Shown: one piece after another, positions 57,121 through 64,000 of the stretch
Position numbering within the stretch: the stretch's first letter is position 1
Layout of the letters: each line of letters opens with the position of its first letter
IMG/VR virus record: IMGVR_UViG_3300033182_000991
Location: 32,001 to 96,000 of that record
DNA: 64,000 nt
Reading direction: 5' to 3' (one strand)
From: a virus
Notes under the pieces: generated by a model
What the model saw: the letters and a program-made list of their open reading frames with translations, nothing else
Database searches by the model: none
What the model was told of the DNA's origin: nothing
Translations under genes and position numbers: made by a program

Positions 57121-57744
57121 TTATAGATAGATGTCTAAGGTGTCGGAATCTTTAGAAACTTCATCCTTAAAGTCTTGAGTGAAGTCTCCGTCTTTTTTTA
57201 GATACTCAGAAGGGATTTCTGAGAAAACCCATTCCAAAGATAAAACGGCTACCAAGTTTTTATCTCTATCAAAAATAGGTACTGAAGCGTGTGACTTAAT
57301 ACCTTGAGAAAGTGATAAAGACCTTAGACCTAAATCTTCCATTTTATTCACGTCAGAATAGAACATCGTCATTTCAATTACATTCTTTATGAAAGAATTA
57401 AAATGAGAAACCAGATGGTTTTGGTTTTTTTCGGCTTTTCTTTCTAAACCATCTGAGTTTCTTTCATACGTGATTGAAACTTTCTGCATCGGTGCATTGG
57501 TATAGAAACTTCCCCCATTGTGGAACTGCCATATATAGACTCTGTCTGCGTTATATCTTCTTCTTATCTCACGAATAGATAAGTGAATAATTTCGTCGTT
57601 TTTAATCTGTTGCATTAAGGACTCTCTTGACTTACTTTTTTGTTTTTTGTCAGACATCCTTCTAAAAAAACCAGCCCCTACAAGTGCAACAATAATAGAG
57701 GTTAGTGATGTTATTAATAGTTCAGCTATTTTTACCCAATTCAT
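57121..57744 (-). CDS. N-terminal TM plus GAF-like domain protein (T4 holin T-like architecture)
   Basis: Single TM; ADRVYIWQFHNG; GIKSHASVPI...VAVLSL. Confidence 0.55.
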   Translation of the reverse strand: MNWVKIAELLITSLTSIIVALVGAGFFRRMSDKKQKSKSRESLMQQIKNDEIIHLSIREIRRRYNADRVYIWQFHNGGSFYTNAPMQKVSITYERNSDGLERKAEKNQNHLVSHFNSFIKNVIEMTMFYSDVNKMEDLGLRSLSLSQGIKSHASVPIFDRDKNLVAVLSLEWVFSEIPSEYLKKDGDFTQDFKDEVSKDSDTLDIYL

Positions 57745-57865
57745 GAAATACAATTTATACTAAATAAATATACCAAGAGGTAACATTTATCATTTTTTGA
57801 GTCTAAAATCAAACAAAAAACCCCACCGAATGGTAAGGTTTTAAGAAAGGAATATGTGTTACATA

Positions 57866-58537
57866 TTACTTTTTGGTGGTAATGATTTCATCGATAATAC
57901 CATACTCCAATGCGTCTTTTGAAGACAACCACAAATCACGAGAAGCGTCTTGCTTTACTTGCTCAGGGTCTTTATCACAAAACTCACCCAACAAACCGAA
58001 TAGAATGTCATTCAACTTCTTCCATTCGTTCATTGTGATTTCTGCATCTTGGATGTTACCCATGGCACCACCTGATGATTGGTGTAACATAGTACGAGAG
58101 AAACGAAGTGATGAACGCATCCCTTTGGTTCCTGCACCCAACAGGACTGAACCCATTGATGCTGCCATACCTGTATTAACCGTGGCGATATCAGATTTGA
58201 TGTAATGCATCACATCCACCATTGAAAGTCCTGATTTTACTGACCCACCTGGCGAGTCAATGTGCATCGTAATCGGCATGTTGTCCACAGAGTCCAAATA
58301 CATAAGTTGTGCTTGGACCATTGTTGACATATGGTCGTTTACAGGACCTGCAACCCACAACAATCGGTCTCTCATCAAACGAGAGAAGATATCAATTTGA
58401 GTTGCTCTCATTTCACGTTCCTCTAAGATGTAAGGGGTTAGTGAAGATTCAATTTGTAGACCGGCGTAGTCCATTTGTGAAGAGGACATATTGAAGTCAC
58501 TCATTGCATACTTGCGAAAATCTTTTCCGAAATCCAT
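57866..58537 (-). CDS. clpP: ATP-dependent Clp protease proteolytic subunit
   Basis: DIFSRLMRDR, AQLMYL, IDSPGGSV, GMAASMGSVLL, MLHQ, RDLWLS...YGIID. Confidence 0.95.
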   Translation of the reverse strand: MDFGKDFRKYAMSDFNMSSSQMDYAGLQIESSLTPYILEEREMRATQIDIFSRLMRDRLLWVAGPVNDHMSTMVQAQLMYLDSVDNMPITMHIDSPGGSVKSGLSMVDVMHYIKSDIATVNTGMAASMGSVLLGAGTKGMRSSLRFSRTMLHQSSGGAMGNIQDAEITMNEWKKLNDILFGLLGEFCDKDPEQVKQDASRDLWLSSKDALEYGIIDEIITTKK

Positions 58538-58558
58538 ATTTTCTGTTTTAATTTGATA

Positions 58559-58591
58559 CAAATATAAGATATAATTTTTACTTCGTCCAAA
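58559..58591 (-). promoter_or_regulatory. Bacteroidota sigma-A promoter for clpP
   Basis: Minus strand TTTG, N21, TATATTTG. Confidence 0.65.
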
Positions 58592-58610
58592 CTTTTATTA
58601 AACTTTATTC

Positions 58611-59219
58611 ATGATAACACCAAATATTGATACAATACAAGTCGGAGACTTTTTAATCTACACCTCAGAGATTGACTATGTTAAGAACTTAGACCGAGAT
58701 GAACTCATGGATGAGTTTTGGTCTGATGAGTTTTTAGGGGTGAATAGGTTAGATGATGGTACCTATGAAAATCAGGGACCTGGTGTACACGTCACTCTTG
58801 ATGATGAAAACTTTCCACACTTTTTTCAGGATACCTACAACTGGGGACTGACATTGGCTCGTTCATTGAGAACTTTGGAAGGTAAGAGTCTTAATCTATT
58901 GAATAAGTCGGCTTGGATTATTGCTGCCAGTGAGGAACACACTCCATATTGGCATTCACACCGCAGAAATATTGAGGACCCACGAACTCAAGAGAATACA
59001 GACACCACATATACGGTGACGGTATATTTTAATGAACCGAGTTGTGGTTCACCTTATTCTGATTTGTTATTTGCACATAAAGACGATTATGTATCTGTCC
59101 CAATTAAACATGGAACCGCATTTTTATTTGACGGTAGATTATTTCATAGACCACAGTTGGTGCCATCAGAATTCGGGTGGAGGTACTGTGCGGTGTGTGA
59201 CTTTTTATTTGAAGAATGA
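58611..59219 (+). CDS. Putative 2OG-Fe(II) oxygenase
   Basis: WHSH, TVYF, LFDGRLFHRP...RY. Confidence 0.55.
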   Translation: MITPNIDTIQVGDFLIYTSEIDYVKNLDRDELMDEFWSDEFLGVNRLDDGTYENQGPGVHVTLDDENFPHFFQDTYNWGLTLARSLRTLEGKSLNLLNKSAWIIAASEEHTPYWHSHRRNIEDPRTQENTDTTYTVTVYFNEPSCGSPYSDLLFAHKDDYVSVPIKHGTAFLFDGRLFHRPQLVPSEFGWRYCAVCDFLFEE

Positions 59220-59515
59220 TAGAGATTAATTTACAGACATTAGACCAACTCTCACGAGACAACGAAAAGGTATTCGTTTTCTTTTATACTCATTGGCACG
59301 ACCAATCAAAAATGATGATGCCGAATCTTAAAAGGTTACAGTCACTCACAGACGTGCCGATTACAATCTGTAATGCCGATTACAATTTAGATTTAGCTGA
59401 TGACTTTGGGGTGAGAGGGTTACCAACATTTGGATTGGTGGAAGATGGTGTTATATCCAAAACCGATAGTATGGTAAAGACTGTGGACTTTCTATTAGAT
59501 TTTATTGAAAATTAA
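59216..59515 (+). CDS. Thioredoxin-fold protein lacking CXXC
   Basis: VFVFFYTHWHDQSKMM.P...FGVRGLPT. Confidence 0.65.
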   Translation: MIEINLQTLDQLSRDNEKVFVFFYTHWHDQSKMMMPNLKRLQSLTDVPITICNADYNLDLADDFGVRGLPTFGLVEDGVISKTDSMVKTVDFLLDFIEN

Positions 59516-59541
59516 AAAAGGGACTTAACGTCCCTTTCTTT

Positions 59542-59922
59542 TTATCCTTCGTGATTTTCAATCCCTGAGTTCTTAAATATAAGAACCAATCCAATTACAA
59601 ATAATACTAAAAGGAGTAATATCTTGAATGGACTGTCCTCATTCATCGCTTGTTGAACCAATTGAAGTGTGATTAATCCACCTGTATACATTTTTGCATC
59701 CTTTGGAAACAAAGCGGTCATACGTTTATAGATGGTTGATAGTTGTAGCCACATTAGTGGTGCAAACAACGCGACAAACACCATAACTAAACCTGTATTA
59801 CCCATACCGAATGAATATCCGATACCATAACCAACACCAAAACCTAAAATTGCCAATACGATGTTTCGTAGGAAATAGTTAAGACCGTTGATTGTTCCTG
59901 AGAATTCAAAATACTTTTTCAT
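59542..59922 (-). CDS. DUF805-like membrane protein
   Basis: FEFSGTIN..NYF, IYKR; 4 TM segments. Confidence 0.6.
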   Translation of the reverse strand: MKKYFEFSGTINGLNYFLRNIVLAILGFGVGYGIGYSFGMGNTGLVMVFVALFAPLMWLQLSTIYKRMTALFPKDAKMYTGGLITLQLVQQAMNEDSPFKILLLLVLFVIGLVLIFKNSGIENHEG

Positions 59923-59933
59923 ACTTTTCTTTT

Positions 59934-60197
59934 TTAATCTTCATTAATATAAATTATTTTTCCGTCTTCATCGTGTTTGTGTGCTCTTTTGATTGTTGGT
60001 GCTAAGAGAGGGTGTTCACTTAATGAACTATGAAGTGCGTGAACACAATAAGGACAGTCATCTGCATAGATTTTCTCAATCTTTTCTTTAATGATTTCGG
60101 TGTCTTTTTGAATTTCTAATGTTGAATTTAGAATCCATCCTGCGACACCCAACAGGAGTGCCCCAGCGGCACCTGTGATAATCTTTGAAGTTTCCAT
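59934..60197 (-). CDS. Small membrane-anchored protein
   Basis: N-terminal TM; CPYC..H motif. Confidence 0.5.
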   Translation of the reverse strand: METSKIITGAAGALLLGVAGWILNSTLEIQKDTEIIKEKIEKIYADDCPYCVHALHSSLSEHPLLAPTIKRAHKHDEDGKIIYINED

Positions 60198-60222
60198 GTT
60201 TTTCTTTTTTTAATTTTTATGA

Positions 60223-61146
60223 TTATAACTTATAGATTTTTTCAGAAGTTCCGTTACTATATCTAATTACATATAATCCACTATTATTTAGTGATTTTAT
60301 ATCTTTTCCCATATAACGACCCATCCAATCGTAGATTTCATACTCCATACTTTCGGTGGTGAGTTCTTCAATACCCAATGTAGATAAAAGAACAATAAAA
60401 GTCCATTGGATTCTTTGACTACCGATGAGTTGACCATTTCTATAGTCATCAATTTGGAATCCATTACCCACTCTACCTAAGTTTGAAGATAAAAAGGTGA
60501 TACTGTCATTCCCCACATACATGTTGGACGGACTTTGACCTACTTGAGGGACGAACACCCCATTTGCGTAACCACTATATAATTGTGTTTGATATAGGTT
60601 TACTGAATCACCGTAGTCGGGGTTGTTTAAGAAACAATTAAAATTTCCCCACATGGGTTTCATCACATTCACCGTATCTTTTTGCATATTAATCAACAAA
60701 GGGTTAAATGCAAATGGTGTTGAGTTGTTTGGGATGTGCCAATAGTCTGCCGAGAGGACAAACTCAGAGGAGAATGAATTGGATGAGTTATTCAAAGAGC
60801 CCCAACAACAGTTCTTATAGATAAATCTGTATTTGTTGGAATCTAAATCAAGGTAATCACTTGCATAGTTAGTGATGTAATGACCTTGAAATGGGATTGG
60901 TGATGTTCCTTGTGTCAATGTGACATACCCATCTAAGGTATACCAACCCACAGAGTTCATCACCCATTTTTCTACAGATACTGATTGTGGTAGAGATACT
61001 CCCTGACCATCGCTAATAAGATACATACCCACACTTGTGGAATCTTGAGAGGTCTGTGCCACGACAATCATACCCCCCATAAGGTGTGATGCTTTTGTCA
61101 CAAATGTTGTCAAAATTAGTGACAGGATGAGTAATAGTTTTTTCAT
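60223..61146 (-). CDS. Secreted protein with T9SS type-A-like C-terminal tail
   Basis: Signal peptide, ASHLMGG, NCCW; C-terminal LGIEE...IYDWMGR...GLYVIRYSNG..EK. Confidence 0.65.
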   Translation of the reverse strand: MKKLLLILSLILTTFVTKASHLMGGMIVVAQTSQDSTSVGMYLISDGQGVSLPQSVSVEKWVMNSVGWYTLDGYVTLTQGTSPIPFQGHYITNYASDYLDLDSNKYRFIYKNCCWGSLNNSSNSFSSEFVLSADYWHIPNNSTPFAFNPLLINMQKDTVNVMKPMWGNFNCFLNNPDYGDSVNLYQTQLYSGYANGVFVPQVGQSPSNMYVGNDSITFLSSNLGRVGNGFQIDDYRNGQLIGSQRIQWTFIVLLSTLGIEELTTESMEYEIYDWMGRYMGKDIKSLNNSGLYVIRYSNGTSEKIYKL

Positions 61147-61646
61147 CGTTGTTCTATTTTTACTAATCTATTAATATCAAAACTTGCGTCTTCCGCAGTT
61201 TTTGATAGTTTGTTATACAGTTCATCACTGATTTGTGGTGTTCTTGAAAGAATCCATAAGTAATCACGTGAAGGACTCCCGACCAAAACGTATTGGTAAT
61301 CTTCATCTAATTCAATGATGTAATAATCCCCATAAAAGGGTTTGAAGAAGGTGACTTTTAACTTACCTGGTTCGATTACCTTAGCTTCACCGATTGCCTT
61401 TTCATTCTTACCACTTTTGGTGTTATAACCTTGATTAAGAACTCTTACTTTCCCATTCTCCTTGATGGTGTAGTTTGCGGTAACATAAATTAAGTTCTTC
61501 TCGAAGTTATTTGGGATTCTTGCAATCTCATACCATGTTCCTTGGTATCTTTCTAAATCAACACTATCTACGGTGTTTAATGGTAGTTTGTCATCACATC
61601 CTGATAACCCCACTAACACCAACAGATATAATAATACTTTTTTCAT
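61143..61646 (-). CDS. blc: Bacterial lipocalin (Blc-like lipoprotein)
   Basis: Lipobox LSGC; DLERYQGTWYEIAR; LKVTFF.PFYGDY; YLWILSRTP. Confidence 0.9.
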   Translation of the reverse strand: MKKVLLYLLVLVGLSGCDDKLPLNTVDSVDLERYQGTWYEIARIPNNFEKNLIYVTANYTIKENGKVRVLNQGYNTKSGKNEKAIGEAKVIEPGKLKVTFFKPFYGDYYIIELDEDYQYVLVGSPSRDYLWILSRTPQISDELYNKLSKTAEDASFDINRLVKIEQR

Positions 61647-61658
61647 TATCACGGTTTT

Positions 61659-62147
61659 TTAAGAATATAGTAAACTTTTCTCAAACCATAAAGGGATGTC
61701 TCTATTTTTCCATTTAGAAAATCCCGCTTTCTCTCCGATATAATAGTTTCTATACGATTCCACCACAGAGTCAACCTTATACTCCTCAGGCATTGCCTTA
61801 GCGGGTTCTGTAAATCCCTTATCTATGATATTTGGTTTGTTCTCAATACACCACTCAATTACATCCTGAGACTTATGTCTCTTACCGTAACGATAGGTAT
61901 ATTCTTTGGAAAGTTCCAAACCTAATTCACACAACCATAGGTAGTTGGTTAGACTCTCACGAGCCCAAATGGAACAGGGATGGTTCTTATGTGAAAGACG
62001 GTAGGGGACTTGGTCGTTAGCTTGGTCGGTCATGTGATGGACACCACATAACAACTGAGCGGTCTCCAATATCATCTTAACCACATGTTTGTCGTTGTGA
62101 TACTGAGCACACTTTTCAACGTCCCAATCCAATACAAAAATATTCAT
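61659..62147 (-). CDS. Pyrimidine-dimer DNA glycosylase (DenV-like) family protein
   Basis: MNIFVLD..DKHVVKMILETAQLL..HKNHPCSIW..EYTYRYGKRH..AMP. Confidence 0.75.
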   Translation of the reverse strand: MNIFVLDWDVEKCAQYHNDKHVVKMILETAQLLCGVHHMTDQANDQVPYRLSHKNHPCSIWARESLTNYLWLCELGLELSKEYTYRYGKRHKSQDVIEWCIENKPNIIDKGFTEPAKAMPEEYKVDSVVESYRNYYIGEKAGFSKWKNRDIPLWFEKSLLYS

Positions 62148-62151
62148 AAGA

Positions 62152-62183
62152 CAAAGGTAAAAAAAAAGGTTTGGAAAACCAAA
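62152..62183 (-). promoter_or_regulatory. Bacteroidota sigma-A promoter
   Basis: Minus strand TTTG, N20, TACCTTTG, just upstream of the 62147 start. Confidence 0.65.
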
Positions 62184-62192
62184 CCTCTTAAA

Positions 62193-62792
62193 TTAATAAT
62201 CTTTTGTGAACTCACTCGGTGGATTGTCCCACAGATTGATGGCGATTGCTCGTCTTCTACCTTTAGTTATTTTACTCACACCGTGTAATTTACCCGCATC
62301 AAAAATAACCAATCTGTTGAACTTAGGTTTGATGATTTCAGGTTCATAGTCAGGCCAATAGATGTAACCTTCTTCAGTGGTTTGTTCAGGGCCAAACTTG
62401 TCCCAATAGTACAACATACCACCTTCCATTTCATCAATCTCACGACAAGGGTAGAATATGGTACCAATCTTTGGAGTAATGAATCTCTTTTCATTGTTCC
62501 AAATCTCCTCATCTTTATCAAAGTGTAACTTAAGAGCCCACTCCCTACCTAAGACTTCGTTGATGTCGGTTTCATTATAATCACCAACCCAATGTTCAAA
62601 TCCACCCACTTGGATTCCTGGATGTGGTGAATTCTCACCCCATATCTTTTCAATGAGTTGGTGACGAAGGGTTGTGATGGGTTCATTCCACCAACCACCA
62701 TACCAATTGTAACCAATCTCCCAAAAATCTTCACTGTTTTCTATTTCTTTAAGGAAATCTAAATCCTCAATGAAGTTATCAATTATAATCAT
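62193..62792 (-). CDS. 2OG-Fe(II) oxygenase
   Basis: LHFD, EGGML, PKFNRLVIFD..HGV...G.RRAIAINLW. Confidence 0.8.
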   Translation of the reverse strand: MIIIDNFIEDLDFLKEIENSEDFWEIGYNWYGGWWNEPITTLRHQLIEKIWGENSPHPGIQVGGFEHWVGDYNETDINEVLGREWALKLHFDKDEEIWNNEKRFITPKIGTIFYPCREIDEMEGGMLYYWDKFGPEQTTEEGYIYWPDYEPEIIKPKFNRLVIFDAGKLHGVSKITKGRRRAIAINLWDNPPSEFTKDY

Positions 62793-62849
62793 TTGAAATT
62801 CTTTATAAAATAATTATAACACAATATGTTTATGGGTAAACACCATTTG

Positions 62850-62923
62850 TGGGCCCTGTAGGGTTCGAACCTACGACCTAATGATTATGAGTCATTTGCT
62901 CTAACCGACTGAGCTAAGAGCCC
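62850..62923 (-). tRNA. tRNA with CAT anticodon, probably tRNA-Ile2 (lysidine type) rather than Met; CCA not encoded
   Basis: GGGCTCT/AGGGCCC acceptor stem, D arm TAGCTCAGTCGGTTAGAGC, AATGA-CTCATAA-TCATT anticodon arm, GTAGG-TTCGAAC-CCTAC T arm; promoter TTTG-N19-TATATTTG upstream (62962-62932). Confidence 0.92.
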
Positions 62924-62984
62924 CAACGGAACAAATATACTATAATATCTATGACGGTCAAACTAAAAATTTATATTTATTAGT

Positions 62985-63803
62985 ATGAGGGGGTTTTTAA
63001 CTACATTGTTTTTTTTAATATCATTTGTTTGTTTTGGACAAAATAATGAGAATGCTCAAAAAGTATCTGAGTTGACAAATATTACTTATGTTGATTTGGA
63101 TAATGACATTATTAGTAGTTCAAATATATCATTAGGTTATTTAGGTGATATCTCCATATTCAGTTATACCCTTGTTTATGAGTGGGGAGGTGAAAAACAT
63201 AATAATAGTATTTTCTTTTCTCATACTCCCACATTTGAATACCGTAAATTGGGGTATAACTATAGTAAAACTAAAGAGTTTGAAAGTGGGGTTATTAGAA
63301 CTAATAATTATAGTTTAACCATTTCTGAATCAGGGTACGGTGATGCTATAACGATTGCACCATTCTTTAATCAGATGTATGAGTTTAATAATAATAGAGT
63401 TGGTTATACTTTGTTTGTTAATGATTACAGTTGGAACGGTTTTGATTTTATGGGTGAATATTATCCTGCTGCCGCCGAAACAAAATTTAGTGTCATGATT
63501 ATTGGTATGAAAAGATTTGAAAAAGGTAAATGGATTATAAAACCTGAATTATTTCTATTATCAGGTATAAGAACTCATTATATTACCTTAGAAGATATTG
63601 ATAATCCATTAGATATATGGTATTGGGATTATTTTAATATAAACGCATATTATGGGACTTCCTTAGAATATATGTTCACAGACAAATTTGGGTTGGGTAC
63701 CAAATTCAGAAGTAATTTATCATATAGTTCTTTTGATAGTAGTGAAGGTTTTAGTAAGAGTATTCCTGTGATATTAACACTTGGTTGTAATTATGATTTT
63801 TAG
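62985..63803 (+). CDS. Outer-membrane beta-barrel-like protein
   Basis: Signal peptide; aromatic-rich strands; C-terminal LGCNYDF with terminal Phe. Confidence 0.55.
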   Translation: MRGFLTTLFFLISFVCFGQNNENAQKVSELTNITYVDLDNDIISSSNISLGYLGDISIFSYTLVYEWGGEKHNNSIFFSHTPTFEYRKLGYNYSKTKEFESGVIRTNNYSLTISESGYGDAITIAPFFNQMYEFNNNRVGYTLFVNDYSWNGFDFMGEYYPAAAETKFSVMIIGMKRFEKGKWIIKPELFLLSGIRTHYITLEDIDNPLDIWYWDYFNINAYYGTSLEYMFTDKFGLGTKFRSNLSYSSFDSSEGFSKSIPVILTLGCNYDF

Positions 63804-64000
63804 ATTTTTTTTATTGTCATTATTGTTCACCTCTTGTGTCATTACAACACCTATACAAGAGGAAGAAAATGTAGAATCAAAAGTTGAAACTGAAAAAGAA
63901 CAAATGGTAAATGCTCCTAAAGTAAAGGCAACAGAACAAGCTCGTAGGGCTCAAGAAGAAAGAGAAGAGTCAAAAACGAGTGACGATACTAAAGGGGACG
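63793..64000 (+). CDS. Putative lipoprotein (3' truncated)
   Basis: MIFRFFLLSLLFTSC lipobox; frame open to the window end. Confidence 0.45.
   Translation, partial: MIFRFFLLSLLFTSCVITTPIQEEENVESKVETEKEQMVNAPKVKATEQARRAQEEREESKTSDDTKGD

Noticed and set aside
1-64000. Alternative genetic code (stop-codon reassignment)
   Set aside because: Known genes (thyA, clpP, carbamoyltransferase) are full length in the standard code, and TAA, TAG and TGA all terminate genes

Overview
This window looks like part of a large (jumbo-type) dsDNA bacteriophage genome. It is AT-rich and gene-dense, and uses the standard code. A Bacteroidota host is inferred from exact TTTG-N19-21-TAnnTTTG promoters, T9SS-type C-terminal domains and a DUF2452-like gene. 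1-10.8 kb: three collagen-like fibre genes ending in S74-type self-cleaving chaperone domains, plus a LamG/ConA-domain protein. The two complete collagens share an 80-aa (240-nt) super-repeat. 10.9-23.7 kb: modifying enzymes (fucosyltransferase-like, double GT17, NodU-type carbamoyltransferase, three 2OG-Fe(II) oxygenases, sulfotransferase-like, GT11). 24-33 kb: DNA methyltransferase, lysozyme, DHH phosphoesterase, DUF192, NUDIX, M23 peptidase, thyA, and an ~830-nt highly structured non-coding RNA (GOLLD/ROOL-like) with its own promoter and terminator. 43.8-45.4 kb: a largely non-coding region where GC skew and gene orientation flip, with repeats and two convergent promoters (candidate origin). 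The rest holds many hypothetical and paralogous ORFs, two T9SS-cargo-like proteins, ClpP, a lipocalin, a DenV-like glycosylase, more 2OG oxygenases, a Cys-rich microprotein and a tRNA(CAT). All family calls come from motif recognition by eye; no database searches were run.
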